A DNA stretch of 64,000 bases from Candidatus Omnitrophota bacterium (GCA_016935525.1 JAFGQU010000005.1:2190-66189), one strand, 5' to 3'. Positions 38,038 through 48,578 are shown, numbered from the stretch's first letter. The notes: a model not told the origin generated them from the sequence alone. Numbers and translations are program-made.

Positions 38038-39162
38038 ATGAAGAGATGTATCGGTATACTCATTATTGGCGGAATACTGGTTTCTTTGATTACACCGGGT
38101 TTTGCCGCACCAAGGATAAAAGACATCGCGTATGTAGAAGGCGTACGGGAAAATCAGCTTCTGGGTTATGGTCTGGTGGTAGGGTTAAACCGTACCGGAG
38201 ACCGGCAGACGTCGTTCCCTACGCTTCAGACCGTAGGAAATATGTTGCGGCGTTTGGGGATTTATATTTCTCCCAATGAAGTAGAAAGTAAACTGAAGAC
38301 AAGGAATATCGCCGCGGTAATGGTGACGGCAAAACTGCCGCCGCTGGCCCGTCCGGGAACAAAGATCGATGTGGTCGTTTCCTCCATCGGCGATGCGACT
38401 TCGCTGGAAGGCGGAGTATTGCTGCAGGCGCCTCTGCAGGCTGCCGACGGTAAGGTTTATGCGGTCGCTCAGGGTTCGCTTTCTACCGGCTTAGGGGTTA
38501 CCGGGAATACCCGGGGCGGAGCGTCACTCACGGTTGCCCGGGTCCCGGAGGGAGCTTATGTCGAGAGAGAAGTGCCGGCGACCATTGTAACAGAAAATGC
38601 GATCTCTATTATTCTCAAAGAACCTGATTTTACGACTGCCTCGCGGGTGATCGAAAATATCAACGAGCAGTTAGGTGGACTCCGCGCGACCGCCAGCGAT
38701 GCCGGGTATGTACGCGTCAAGATTCCCGAAGAATACCAAGATAATATCGTGGGATTTGTCTCATTAATAGAGAATGTGCCGATTATCCCCGATGCCCGTG
38801 CCAAAGTAGTGATAAATGAACGTACCGGTACGATCGTCGCCGGGAAAGACGTAAAGATCGCGACCGTAGGGGTAAGCCACGGTAATATCAACGTGCAGGT
38901 GACCAATCAACGGCAATATTCAGAGACTTCCGCCGGCTCCTCTGAAGATACTTTAACGAAAGTCATCGAACAATCGGTGAATGAATCTTCATCGGCCAAC
39001 GGTACGGGTATGAAAAATATGGAAGTCATCGAAGAAAGCGTAAGCGTAAACGATCTGGTACAGTCATTGAACGCCTTAGGGGTCGCACCGAAAGATCTGA
39101 TCGCGATTTTACAGGCGATTAAAGAAGCCGGCGCGCTTCATGCTGAACTGGAGGTATTATGA
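38038..39162 (+). CDS. flgI: Flagellar P-ring protein FlgI
   Basis: Signal peptide. IKDIAYVEGVRENQLLGYGLVVGLNRTGD is a canonical FlgI N-terminus. Confidence 0.9.
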   Translation: MKRCIGILIIGGILVSLITPGFAAPRIKDIAYVEGVRENQLLGYGLVVGLNRTGDRQTSFPTLQTVGNMLRRLGIYISPNEVESKLKTRNIAAVMVTAKLPPLARPGTKIDVVVSSIGDATSLEGGVLLQAPLQAADGKVYAVAQGSLSTGLGVTGNTRGGASLTVARVPEGAYVEREVPATIVTENAISIILKEPDFTTASRVIENINEQLGGLRATASDAGYVRVKIPEEYQDNIVGFVSLIENVPIIPDARAKVVINERTGTIVAGKDVKIATVGVSHGNINVQVTNQRQYSETSAGSSEDTLTKVIEQSVNESSSANGTGMKNMEVIEESVSVNDLVQSLNALGVAPKDLIAILQAIKEAGALHAELEVL

Positions 39163-39638
39163 TTTCATTACATTCTATTCTACCTTCAAGCGGAGCCAAT
39201 TATATCCAGAAAGGATTCGCTTTGCCCGGTAAAGAAGAGCTTTTTGAAAAAATCGGCGCCCAGTTGAAACAAGCTGCCGAAGAAAATTTATGGTGGCCGC
39301 CTAACGGGGGGATTCTTTCGTCCGGCGAACAGAAGGCTACGCATGATGAACTGGTCAGCCAGGTCTCCTCACAAGAGCAGCCTGACCTTGAGGAAGAAGC
39401 GAAACTCAAAGATGCCTGCACGCAGTTTGAGTCATTTTTCCTCTATTATCTTTTGAAAGAAATGGATAAAACTATCCCGCGCGAACAAGGGCTCATGGGG
39501 AACAGTCTCACCCAGAAATTCTATCGGGAGATGTTTTATGAACGGCTGGCCGATACGATGTCTGAAGGGGGTATGGGGCTTGGCACATATCTCTATGATC
39601 AATTAAGCCAATCGTTAGTAAACCGTATATATAAATAG
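39159..39638 (+). CDS. Rod-binding protein (FlgJ N-terminal domain only, no muramidase)
   Basis: ACTQFESFFLYYLLKEMDKTI...GLGTYLYDQL matches the Rod_binding domain. 159 aa. Confidence 0.7.
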   Translation: MISLHSILPSSGANYIQKGFALPGKEELFEKIGAQLKQAAEENLWWPPNGGILSSGEQKATHDELVSQVSSQEQPDLEEEAKLKDACTQFESFFLYYLLKEMDKTIPREQGLMGNSLTQKFYREMFYERLADTMSEGGMGLGTYLYDQLSQSLVNRIYK

Positions 39639-39640
39639 GC

Positions 39641-40153
39641 TTGAAATCCATGACAGACACCCACAGACCCTTACGGGATGAATTGGTCCGTATTGTTTCA
39701 GAGGAGTGTGTGCTCTACGCGCAGCTCCTGGCTTTGATGAAAGCCAAGACGGATATTTTAGTGAACAATGATGTCGGCGCGCTGAATAAAAACACCTCCG
39801 ATGTGAACGAATTCATCGCTCACCTAGAAGATCTGGAAAGTGCGCGTAAAGACGTGATCCTGGCTATTTCGCAAAAAGAGAACATTCCGCTCAAAGAAGT
39901 GACCGTGACCAGGCTTACCACGCATTGGAACGATCCTTCTTTGATCGAATTGCAACAGAAATTGCAGGCAGTGATGCAGGATCTAAAAGATATCAATCAA
40001 CGTAACCAACGGCTGGTAAAGCAGGCCCACGATATGTTTTCTTTTATGAGAGACCTTTTCTATTCGGCATTTGCTCAGGGCCCGGCTACCAGTTATACCA
40101 GCGAAGGTAAAATCGATCAACGGGAAGGAGGCTCCTTTGAAAAAGAAATTTAA
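39641..40153 (+). CDS. Possible FlgN-like export chaperone
   Basis: 170-aa helical protein in the flgJ-...-flgM neighbourhood. Weak similarity to FlgN organisation. Confidence 0.3.
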   Translation: MKSMTDTHRPLRDELVRIVSEECVLYAQLLALMKAKTDILVNNDVGALNKNTSDVNEFIAHLEDLESARKDVILAISQKENIPLKEVTVTRLTTHWNDPSLIELQQKLQAVMQDLKDINQRNQRLVKQAHDMFSFMRDLFYSAFAQGPATSYTSEGKIDQREGGSFEKEI

Positions 40154-40820
40154 AGCTCCTAGAGCGCCGTTTATTATCGGTGACACCGGCGGGCTTAAAA
40201 ATCTGGGCGAAAAAGGGGTAGCGAATAAATGCCGGTTGATGAAATTGGCTAACATCGATGCGGTAAGCGTTGAATTGAAAAGCAAGGAAGACTGGCAGCT
40301 GCTTCCGGCCGCCTATTCGCACGTGAAAAAACATAAGATGTATCTTTTAGGGTCTTTAAAAAACATCCCGGCGCATCGTAAAGAGATCCTTTCGTTAGAC
40401 GGGGTGAAAACGAGTCTTGATTTCTATAAAAACAATACGTTGCTTAACGTGTGCCAGCGGGACAACGTCCCTTTATTTATCTATGTGTCCGAAAAAGATA
40501 AAACAAAAGTCAGGATGATACTTAAGAAGATCGGGAGAAAATACAGTTTCCCTCTGGTTTTTATGGCAAAAGACCCGCATATGGGGCTTTTTTCATTTTT
40601 AAATGAGATACGGGGTAGACATACGCATATGTATATCGGATATAAAGATTCTACCGAAGGGATCGTATCGGCCCTTTTAGCCTTAGCCTGGGGCGGCCAG
40701 TTTATTGAGAAAAAGATCAGGTTAGAAGACATAAGTACTTCTCGCACAGATAGTTATACAATTCCTGAGTTCAGGATCTTCTCGGCGCTTTTAGAAGAAA
40801 GTAAAAAATATCTTCATTAG
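40071..40820 (+). CDS. Hypothetical protein (true start probably downstream of 40071)
   Basis: 249-aa ORF overlapping the previous gene in another frame. No confident motif. Confidence 0.25.
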   Translation: MLRARLPVIPAKVKSINGKEAPLKKKFKAPRAPFIIGDTGGLKNLGEKGVANKCRLMKLANIDAVSVELKSKEDWQLLPAAYSHVKKHKMYLLGSLKNIPAHRKEILSLDGVKTSLDFYKNNTLLNVCQRDNVPLFIYVSEKDKTKVRMILKKIGRKYSFPLVFMAKDPHMGLFSFLNEIRGRHTHMYIGYKDSTEGIVSALLALAWGGQFIEKKIRLEDISTSRTDSYTIPEFRIFSALLEESKKYLH

Positions 40821-40822
40821 CC

Positions 40823-40849
40823 TAAAGTTTTTCTATAAAGTGCCGATAA
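40823..40849 (+). promoter_or_regulatory. Sigma-28 (FliA) promoter upstream of flgM
   Basis: TAAAGTTT (40823-40830), 11-nt spacer, GCCGATAA (40842-40849). Exact match to the enteric/Bacillus sigma-28 consensus. ATG of flgM 19 nt downstream. Confidence 0.8.
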
Positions 40850-40867
40850 GAAAAGTGGAGGAAAAGT

Positions 40868-41206
40868 ATGGATATTTTCAGTTTAGGCAGTATTTTAAAT
40901 GCCTTAAAATTCAATAAAAAGGTAGAATCTCCTCAAAAATCTTCAAAAGTAGAGGAGAATAAAGGGGCCAAAGAGACTTCGGCGTCTTCGGATTCTCAAG
41001 ATACGGTCACTATCTCTCAAGAAGCATTTCTCAAGTCCAGCGTTGAAAACGTCGCCAGCGACGTCCAGAGAGACCAGGAGATCGTAAGAGAAGAAAAAGT
41101 CGCCCAGATCAAAGAGAAGGTCCAAAACGACGAATATGAGGTCTCCTCACAAAAAGTAGCCGATAAACTCATCCGCGGCATTGATATTTACGAAATCTTT
41201 AAATAA
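40868..41206 (+). CDS. flgM: Anti-sigma-28 factor FlgM
   Basis: DTVTISQEAFLKSSVE...VAQIKEKVQNDEYEVSSQKVADKLIRG is a canonical FlgM C-terminal sigma-binding region. Confidence 0.8.
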   Translation: MDIFSLGSILNALKFNKKVESPQKSSKVEENKGAKETSASSDSQDTVTISQEAFLKSSVENVASDVQRDQEIVREEKVAQIKEKVQNDEYEVSSQKVADKLIRGIDIYEIFK

Positions 41207-41327
41207 CCGTAATCCCTCGCCATTTTTGTCCATTTCTTTTCTCACGAACAATAAAAAAACCACAAATTGAGCTGATGTGATGATTATGATAGAATAACAT
41301 TAAAATGGATCATAATACATCTCACAT

Positions 41328-42788
41328 ATGCCCGATTTAAAAGTATTGATCATCAATCCGCCGGTACGGTTTGACGACAAGCCGCGAAATCTCCCTCATG
41401 GCTTGGCAATTCTTGCCAATATTATCCGTAATAAAATGAACATCACCCCGCAATTCTTAGATATCAATGCGTTCCGGTATTCACCGGAGCGATTAAGCGA
41501 AATCCTCAAAACTTCCGATTTTAACGTTGTCCTTATCGGCGGGATCGCCTCAGCCTACCGTCAGATCGTGGAATTGTCCCGGTTGGTCAAAGAGATCGTG
41601 CCGCAGGCAATGATCATCGCCGGCGGATATGTGGTCATGCCGGTCCCGACCCTTTTATTGCAGAATTCTGCGGTAGATATAGTCTGCACCGGAGAAGGGG
41701 AACTTACTATAGTCGAATTATTGGACCGGTTGAGTATACAGGGATTTAATGCCGATATTTCCGATATCGCCGGGGTCTGTTATAAGCCACGAACCGGCGC
41801 ACCGTTTCATTGTACCGGGCCGCGCCGACTTATCGATGATCTTGATGCGACGAGTGCGATGCCGGCATATGACCTGTTGCCGATGGATGTGTATCTTTCT
41901 AATCCGGTCGTGGGAATAGGCCGTGATATCGATATGGTTACTATCCGCGGATGTCCTTATCAATGTTCTTTTTGTTACCAACCCTGGGGGAGGGTCCCGA
42001 GAAGTTATTCGATCGATACTATTGCCGGTACGATCCACACGTTACGCCGGGAATATCGGGTCGATTTCATATCGTTTCAGGATGACGAATTTATGGTTGA
42101 TGAAACCAGAGTAAAAGAGTTTTGTGAGCGGCGTAACCGGCTGTTCCCCGAAGTCCTCTGGTCCTGTACGGGCCGAAGCAATATCATCGCCCGTAACCCC
42201 GATATCGTCAAACTTATGAAACAATCAGGATGTACGCTTATCTCCTGCGGATTCGAATCGGGTTCGCCAAGGATGCTGGAAAGTATGCATAAGATGCAAA
42301 GAATAGATCAAATGGAAGCTACAGTCAAGATCCTCCGGGCCCAGGAGTTGCCGGTTCCGGCATCGTTCATCATCGGTATGCCGGGAGAAGACGAGGCAAG
42401 TTGTCAGGAAACGCTCGATTTTTGTCTACGCAATAATCTGCCGCTTGAGTCACTGATGTTTGCGACTCCTTATCCCGGTACGGAGATTTTTGACTTCGCG
42501 CTTAAGACCGGCCGGGTCGATAAAGACCATATTCATGAATTCATGATGGAACTGGGCGATGCCCGGAAATTCGTGGTCAATCTTACCGACAGTTTTTCCG
42601 ATGAAGGGCTTGTTGCCACACGTACCGAGATGATGGCGATCGCCCGTAAAAATTACGAGAAATTTATCTCGCAAAATGAGATAATGGATAAGATGAAAAA
42701 ACTGTTCGGCCCGCTTTTAGAGCGAGTGCGCCTTGATGAGACCGATTTAGCACACCGGGCAAAACACGGGGGGATGAGCACGTTTTGA
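41328..42788 (+). CDS. B12-binding radical SAM enzyme (class B rSAM, likely methyltransferase-type)
   Basis: N-terminal B12-binding Rossmann-like region. CxxxCxxC motif (CPYQCSFC). 486 aa. First gene of the sugar island. Confidence 0.7.
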   Translation: MPDLKVLIINPPVRFDDKPRNLPHGLAILANIIRNKMNITPQFLDINAFRYSPERLSEILKTSDFNVVLIGGIASAYRQIVELSRLVKEIVPQAMIIAGGYVVMPVPTLLLQNSAVDIVCTGEGELTIVELLDRLSIQGFNADISDIAGVCYKPRTGAPFHCTGPRRLIDDLDATSAMPAYDLLPMDVYLSNPVVGIGRDIDMVTIRGCPYQCSFCYQPWGRVPRSYSIDTIAGTIHTLRREYRVDFISFQDDEFMVDETRVKEFCERRNRLFPEVLWSCTGRSNIIARNPDIVKLMKQSGCTLISCGFESGSPRMLESMHKMQRIDQMEATVKILRAQELPVPASFIIGMPGEDEASCQETLDFCLRNNLPLESLMFATPYPGTEIFDFALKTGRVDKDHIHEFMMELGDARKFVVNLTDSFSDEGLVATRTEMMAIARKNYEKFISQNEIMDKMKKLFGPLLERVRLDETDLAHRAKHGGMSTF

Positions 42789-42790
42789 AG

Positions 42791-42872
42791 GTCACAAGGA
42801 CACACGTCACACGTCACACGTGATGGGGAGAAAATGTTTTTCGTGTGTCTATGTGGCTATGTGTCGTGTGAC
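42791..42872. repeat. GTCACA-rich long palindromic intergenic repeat (copy 1 of 4)
   Basis: gtcacaaggacacacgtcacacgtcacacgtg...cgtgtgtctatgtggctatgtgtcgtgtgac. Its translation produced the spurious N-terminus (MFFVCLCGYVSC) of the next ORF. Confidence 0.7.
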
Positions 42873-42890
42873 TTTAATAAAGGAGTAACA

Positions 42891-43610
42891 TTGAGTATAT
42901 TTTCACTGATCGTCGCCCGTAAAGGGAGTAAAGGATTGCCGAATAAGGTGGTCCGGAAGATCAACGGCAAATATGTATTTCAATATTCGGTAGAATATTC
43001 CTGTTCGTTATCGGATATCATCAAAGAAGAAGTCGTGACTGCGGTATCTTCTGATTGCGAGGAGATTAAAGAATATTGTGCCGGACAGAACGTTGTGTTC
43101 ATCGACCGCCAGGCACATCTCGCTTCCGATCAGGTAAAGATCGAAGAGGTGATCTATGATGCCTACAGTAAGGGAGGGAACCGTTGTGAATATGTCTCTT
43201 TGCTGTACGGAAACATCCCTACCCGGTACCCTGAGGAATTTAAACGGGCATTCGATTTTTTAGAAGCGCATACAGATTATGATGCCGCGCTCAGCATGCA
43301 GAATGTCGAAAAATATAATCCGGCCTGGATGTTTGCGTTACACGAAGAACTATTACCGGAAAAAGACCTGCGAGGATACCGCCGTCAGGACCTGGAACAG
43401 TTCATGATTCATGACGGCCATACCATCCTTTTCCGTGCGGGATATTTTGTCCGGTTCATGGAGAGTCGCCGGGCGGCAAGAAAGATGTATGAACAATTCG
43501 GCGAAAAGATAAAACCGGTATTATGTAACCGGCTGATTATCGATGTGGATACCGAAAGAGATCTTATAGCCGCCGAGGCAATATTGAAATATAACAATGG
43601 AGGGGTATAG
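42891..43610 (+). CDS. CMP-nonulosonic acid synthetase (NeuA/PseF/LegF-like cytidylyltransferase)
   Basis: IVARKGSKGLPNKV is the cytidylyltransferase signature. TTG start at 42891 with RBS aaaggag at 42879-42885. The ORF track starts at 42834, inside the repeat. Confidence 0.7.
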   Translation: MSIFSLIVARKGSKGLPNKVVRKINGKYVFQYSVEYSCSLSDIIKEEVVTAVSSDCEEIKEYCAGQNVVFIDRQAHLASDQVKIEEVIYDAYSKGGNRCEYVSLLYGNIPTRYPEEFKRAFDFLEAHTDYDAALSMQNVEKYNPAWMFALHEELLPEKDLRGYRRQDLEQFMIHDGHTILFRAGYFVRFMESRRAARKMYEQFGEKIKPVLCNRLIIDVDTERDLIAAEAILKYNNGGV

Positions 43611-43700
43611 GAAATATGCTTCGCGAAATACATAGAAATACGCTTACGCGAAATACAATTGTATTTCCATGCATTTCTATTGTATTTCAACTGTATTTCG
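43611..43700. repeat. GAAATAC/GTATTTC word palindrome in intergenic spacer
   Basis: gcgaaatacatagaaatacgcttacgcgaaatacaa / ttgtatttccatgcatttctattgtatttcaactgtatttcg is an imperfect long hairpin. Confidence 0.55.
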
Positions 43701-43704
43701 ATAT

Positions 43705-44757
43705 ATGAGTTTAAAGAAGAGAATACGCATAGGCAATAAAGTGATCGGCGAAGGAAAACCTTGTTTCATCATCGCTGAGGCCGGGGTGAACCATAACGGG
43801 AAGATCCGTCTGGCCAAGCGTCTCATCGATGCGGCAAAGACTGCCGGCGCCGACGCGGTAAAGTTTCAGACGTTTACCGCGGGCGAACTGGTCGGAGAAG
43901 ACATCGCCTTGGCCGGATATCAGAAAAAGAATATGCCCCGGATGAAAAACCAGAAAGAGATGCTGGCAACATTAGAGCTTACCGCGAAAGATTTCGTCAT
44001 GCTCAAGAAATATTGCGATAAAAAAAAGATCGTTTTTCTTTCAACGCCGCATACCGAAGGAGCGCTTGCGATACTCGAGGATATCGTGCCGGCGTATAAG
44101 GTCGCATCCGGCGATATTACCAATATCCCGTTTTTAATAAAAATCGCAAAAAAGAAAAAACCGGTGATCCTTTCGACCGGAATGGCGACGTTAAAAGAGG
44201 TCCAGACCGCAGTCGGTGCCGTAACACGCTATACCGATAAACTGGTGGTACTCCATTGTACGACGAACTATCCCTGTCCGGCAGATGAGGTGAATCTGCG
44301 GGCGATGGATACATTAAAAGAAAAAGGTAAAAACCTTACCGGTTATTCCGATCATACTTCAGGCTATGAGATCTCTCTTGCGGCAGTCGCCCTCGGCGCG
44401 GTCATAATCGAAAAACACCTTACGTTAGACCGGACCTTACCCGGGCCGGACCATCGGGGGAGCCTCACCCCGGGAGAATTTAAAGCTATGATAAAAGCTA
44501 TCCGTATTGTCGAGAGATCGCTGGGCAGTGCTAAGAAAGAACCGACGGTACATGAAAGGAAAATAGCTTCGGTCGTACGTAAAAGTATCGTTGCCCACGT
44601 AGCGATCGATAAAGGAACACAGATCGTTCCGGATATGGTGACTGTCCGTCGTCCGGCCACTGGGATCGCGCCTTATGAGATCAGCCGGGTTATCGGGAAA
44701 AAGGTAAAAAAAAATATCCCAGCAAATACTGTGCTTACGTGGGGAATGCTTATATAA
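43705..44757 (+). CDS. neuB: Nonulosonic acid synthase (NeuB/PseI/LegI family) with C-terminal SAF domain
   Basis: IGEGKPCFIIAEAGVNHNG signature. Start moved to ATG 43705, outside the palindrome. Confidence 0.85.
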   Translation: MSLKKRIRIGNKVIGEGKPCFIIAEAGVNHNGKIRLAKRLIDAAKTAGADAVKFQTFTAGELVGEDIALAGYQKKNMPRMKNQKEMLATLELTAKDFVMLKKYCDKKKIVFLSTPHTEGALAILEDIVPAYKVASGDITNIPFLIKIAKKKKPVILSTGMATLKEVQTAVGAVTRYTDKLVVLHCTTNYPCPADEVNLRAMDTLKEKGKNLTGYSDHTSGYEISLAAVALGAVIIEKHLTLDRTLPGPDHRGSLTPGEFKAMIKAIRIVERSLGSAKKEPTVHERKIASVVRKSIVAHVAIDKGTQIVPDMVTVRRPATGIAPYEISRVIGKKVKKNIPANTVLTWGMLI

Positions 44758-44779
44758 TGAAAAAAGGGAGATATACGGT

Positions 44780-46279
44780 ATGATCTCAAAATCGCCTTAT
44801 GGCGATACGTTTAAATATGAAATCGATGATACGTTCGAACGCGAAAAAATCGACGCGTTCCTGAAAAAAAGGAAAACCGTCGTCGTCCAGGGGTTAGGGT
44901 TTGTCGGCTCGGCCATGGTCGCGGCGCTTGCGTTAAGCCGCGCTCAGGACGGTTCTCTGCGGTATAACGTGATCGGGGTCGATCTGCCGGATGAAAAAAA
45001 TTTCTGGAAGATCGCCCGGATAAATAACGGAGTCCCTCCGGTACGTTCGTTTGACAAAAAGATGGACGAAGCGTATGCGCAGGCATCTCAAAATAAAAAT
45101 GTCCTTGCTACATATAGTCCCTATGCTTACAGTAAAGCCGATGTGGTGGTCATCGATATCCATCTCGATATCAAAAAAAAGGAACTGGGCGCGCCATATG
45201 AATACGAATTTTCTTACGATGGGTTTAAAACAGCGATTGAAACCGTCGCTCAACATATCGTTGAGGATACTCTGGTGATCATAGAGACTACCGTTCCCCC
45301 GGGAACGACCGAACAGGTAGTGTATCCGCTGTGTAAAGAAGTATTCTCCCGCCGCGGGTTGGATATCAATAAATTATATCTGGCTCATTCCGGAGAACGG
45401 GTCATGCCGGGGACGAACTATCTTGATTCGATCGTGAATTTTTATCGGGTTTATTCCGGTATCAATAGCGAATCAAAAATCCGGGCGCGGGAATTTTTTG
45501 AATCGTTTGTGAATACCCGGGATTTTCCTATTACTGAGATGCATTCACCGACGGCGTCGGAGATGGTGAAGGTACTGGAAAACTCCTATCGTGCCGTCAA
45601 CATCGCGTTTATCCAGGAGTGGACCGAATTTGCCGAGGAGGCCGATGTGAATTTATTTGAAGTGGTCAAGACTATCCGTAAGCGTCCTACTCATCAGAAC
45701 ATCATGTGGCCGGGATTCGGGGTGGGGGGGTATTGTCTCACTAAAGACGCGTTATTGGCCGATTGGGCGTACCGGAATCTGTTCAATAAAGAAGAAAATC
45801 TCGGTATGTCGCTGGCAGCGATCGGAATAAACGATCTTATGCCGGAATTCACTTTTGAATTATTACAACGGGAGTTGCTCGACGACCTTAACGGAAAATA
45901 TATCACTATTTTAGGCGTTTCTTATCTTAACGATGTCGCCGATACCCGTTCGTCGCCTACCCAGGTTTTTTATGAGATGTGCGAAAACCGCGGGGGCCGT
46001 CTCACCGTTCATGATCCGCTGGTGAGTTTCTGGCCGGAAAAACAATTAGAAATAGATACCGACATAAAAAATCTAGCCGATAAAAAGCATGATATTGCCG
46101 TATTTGCCGTACGTCACCATGAGTACGTAACCCTTTCGGCTAAAGAAATCCGGGAAATCCTTCCCGGAGTAAGGATCATTATCGACGCCAATAACGTATT
46201 GACTGATGAGACAGCGCGCGAACTTGCTCAAGCCGAGATCATCGTAACCGGCGTCGGTAAAGGACATTGGAACCTGTAG
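44780..46279 (+). CDS. Nucleotide-sugar dehydrogenase (UDP-glucose/GDP-mannose dehydrogenase family)
   Basis: N-terminal Rossmann VVVQGLGFVGSAMVAALA. 499 aa. Confidence 0.6.
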   Translation: MISKSPYGDTFKYEIDDTFEREKIDAFLKKRKTVVVQGLGFVGSAMVAALALSRAQDGSLRYNVIGVDLPDEKNFWKIARINNGVPPVRSFDKKMDEAYAQASQNKNVLATYSPYAYSKADVVVIDIHLDIKKKELGAPYEYEFSYDGFKTAIETVAQHIVEDTLVIIETTVPPGTTEQVVYPLCKEVFSRRGLDINKLYLAHSGERVMPGTNYLDSIVNFYRVYSGINSESKIRAREFFESFVNTRDFPITEMHSPTASEMVKVLENSYRAVNIAFIQEWTEFAEEADVNLFEVVKTIRKRPTHQNIMWPGFGVGGYCLTKDALLADWAYRNLFNKEENLGMSLAAIGINDLMPEFTFELLQRELLDDLNGKYITILGVSYLNDVADTRSSPTQVFYEMCENRGGRLTVHDPLVSFWPEKQLEIDTDIKNLADKKHDIAVFAVRHHEYVTLSAKEIREILPGVRIIIDANNVLTDETARELAQAEIIVTGVGKGHWNL

Positions 46280-46287
46280 AAAGGATG

Positions 46288-46373
46288 GTCACAAGGTCAC
46301 ATAGACACATAGTCACACGTAATAGAATATCAATTTGTCTTGACGTGTGACCTGTGACGTGTGACTGTGTGAC
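46288..46373. repeat. GTCACA-rich long palindromic intergenic repeat (copy 2 of 4)
   Basis: gtcacaaggtcacatagacacatagtcacacgt-[AT loop]-gacgtgtgacctgtgacgtgtgactgtgtgac. Confidence 0.75.
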
Positions 46374-46385
46374 TTTTAAAAAAGT

Positions 46386-47378
46386 ATGAGTAAGATATTG
46401 ATTACCGGAGGAGCAGGGTTTATCGGATATTTTGTTGCCGAAAAACTGTCCCAAAATCCCGAGAATCAAATCACGGTACTGGATAATCTGTCCCGCGGCT
46501 GTAACGACAAAGAATTCGAAACTCTTTGCGCAAAATCCAACGTTACGTTTGTCCAGGGAGATCTGACTTCTCAGGCTACGATTGATGATATCAGCCGGGA
46601 TTATGAATATATATACCATCTTGCCGCTCTGGTCGGGGTGAAAAACGTAAAAGACGCGCCGGACCGGGTGCTTTCGGTAAATATCCGTTCGACATTGAAC
46701 CTTTTTGAAGCTGCCCGCAGTTTTTACCGGTTACGAAAGATATTCTTTTCATCGACCAGTGAGGTCTATGCCGGTACGTTCATGCATTTTGCGGTAGGAG
46801 TACCGACATCGGAATCGGTTCCTCTGGCCGTGAGCGATATTACTTCGGCCCGGTCTACGTACGCGATAAGTAAGATGTGCGGAGAATCAATATGTTTTTC
46901 TTACGGTGAAAAGTACCAGATCCCTTTTGTCATCGGCCGGTATCATAACGTGTATGGCCCGCGGATGGGTTGGGCGCATGTGATCCCGGAGATGTATGCC
47001 AAGATCACCAACAATGCCGAACTTACCGTGACTTCTCCCGGCCATAGCCGGGCGTTCTGTTATATTGACGATGCCGTAGAATTTACGGTCCGGCTTACCG
47101 AACATTACCAGACTGAAGGAGAAATATTCCATATCGGCAATCCCACCGAAGAGATCAGGATAAAAGACCTGGTCAAACTTATCGCCCGGGTGATGAATCG
47201 TCAGGTGTTTGTAGAGACCGGAAGAGATATGCCGGGTTCTCCGCATCGGCGTTGTCCGGATACCGCAAAAGCCGAGCGGCGTACCGGATATCGGGCGAAC
47301 ATCGCGTTAGAAGAAGGGGTGAAGAAAACATATCAATGGTATCAATCACGGCTCGATTCTTATGAGGAAGGCCGCTAA
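46386..47378 (+). CDS. NAD-dependent sugar epimerase/4,6-dehydratase (SDR, LegB/PseB-like)
   Basis: ILITGGAGFIGYFVAEKL glycine-rich NAD motif. 330 aa. Confidence 0.7.
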   Translation: MSKILITGGAGFIGYFVAEKLSQNPENQITVLDNLSRGCNDKEFETLCAKSNVTFVQGDLTSQATIDDISRDYEYIYHLAALVGVKNVKDAPDRVLSVNIRSTLNLFEAARSFYRLRKIFFSSTSEVYAGTFMHFAVGVPTSESVPLAVSDITSARSTYAISKMCGESICFSYGEKYQIPFVIGRYHNVYGPRMGWAHVIPEMYAKITNNAELTVTSPGHSRAFCYIDDAVEFTVRLTEHYQTEGEIFHIGNPTEEIRIKDLVKLIARVMNRQVFVETGRDMPGSPHRRCPDTAKAERRTGYRANIALEEGVKKTYQWYQSRLDSYEEGR

Positions 47379-47383
47379 ATGCA

Positions 47384-47405
47384 GTCGTTCGTCGTTGGTC
47401 GTTCG
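47384..47405. repeat. Reverse-complement copy of the CGAACGA heptamer repeat
   Basis: gtcgttcgtcgttggtcgttcg directly after the stop codon. Followed by AGAGACTAG word repeats at 47448-47470. Confidence 0.5.
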
Positions 47406-47473
47406 TATTTAGTGGGAAAATATAATACAAAACAGAAACTATATACCAGAGACTAGAGACCGGAGACTAGAAT

Positions 47474-48571
47474 ATGGAACTGGACGCTCCTAATATTGGC
47501 CAATTAGAGAAAGAATATCTCAACAAGGTGCTTGAGAGTAATTTTATTTCGACGTTCGGCCCTTATGTCAACGATTTTGAAGAAAAATTTGCCACCCGGT
47601 TACACGCGACATCTGCGGTATCGACGCAAAGCGGGACTGCCGCGTTACATGTCACGCTTTGCGAATTAGGGATAAAAGCCTCAGATGAAGTGATCGTTCC
47701 CGCGCTCACTTTTGTCGCGACAGCTAATCCCGTAGTCTATACCGGGGCGCACCCGGTATTTGTCGATGTCGACCTTCATACCTGGAATATCCTGCCGGAG
47801 GAGATCGAAGAGGCGATCACGCCGCGTACTCGCGCGATCATTCCCGTGCATTTTTACGGGAACCCCTGCGCGATGGATAAGATCATGAATATTGCCCAAA
47901 AACATGATCTTTATGTGATCGAGGATGCGACTGAAAGCCTGGGCGCGTCTTTCGGCGGGCAGTATACCGGTACGTTCGGTGATTTCGGATGTTTTAGTTT
48001 TAACGGGAATAAGATAATTACTACCGGTGGCGGGGGGATGGTCCTGGGGAAAGACCATACACAGTTAGAACATATCCGGTTTCTGGTAAACCAGGCCCGT
48101 GACGGTTCGCGGGGATTCTTTCATCCGGAGATAGGATTTAATTATCGGATGACCAATCTTGAAGCCGGGTTAGGGCTTGCCCAGCTTACCAGGCTGGACG
48201 ATTTTTTAGAGAAAAAGAAAGGATTCAATACACTGTACCGTAAAGAACTTACCCCTATCGCTGAAATAGGGTTTCAGGCGGAATACCCCTGCGCTGAGAG
48301 TTCCTGGTGGTTTACCGGTATTACCGTCAAAGAAAAGATGGATGCCGCGACGTTGCAGCAGAAGTTAAAAGAGAAAAATATTCCGTCACGGCGGGTATTC
48401 ATGCCGCTGGTAGAATTTCCTCCGTATAAAGAGCATAAGAAAAGAGAATATACACACAGTTATGAAATCTATAATCGCGGGTTATGCCTGCCGTCTTCCA
48501 CGCTCAATACGTCTGACGATATATATGAGGTATGTAAGGCCATAAAGGAAATTTTTGGGAAGAAATACTAA
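47474..48571 (+). CDS. DegT/DnrJ/EryC1-family sugar aminotransferase (PseC/LegC-like)
   Basis: 365 aa. N-terminal fold motifs and GGGGMV. Lysine region typical of the family. Confidence 0.75.
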   Translation: MELDAPNIGQLEKEYLNKVLESNFISTFGPYVNDFEEKFATRLHATSAVSTQSGTAALHVTLCELGIKASDEVIVPALTFVATANPVVYTGAHPVFVDVDLHTWNILPEEIEEAITPRTRAIIPVHFYGNPCAMDKIMNIAQKHDLYVIEDATESLGASFGGQYTGTFGDFGCFSFNGNKIITTGGGGMVLGKDHTQLEHIRFLVNQARDGSRGFFHPEIGFNYRMTNLEAGLGLAQLTRLDDFLEKKKGFNTLYRKELTPIAEIGFQAEYPCAESSWWFTGITVKEKMDAATLQQKLKEKNIPSRRVFMPLVEFPPYKEHKKREYTHSYEIYNRGLCLPSSTLNTSDDIYEVCKAIKEIFGKKY

Positions 48572-48578
48572 TGGGAGA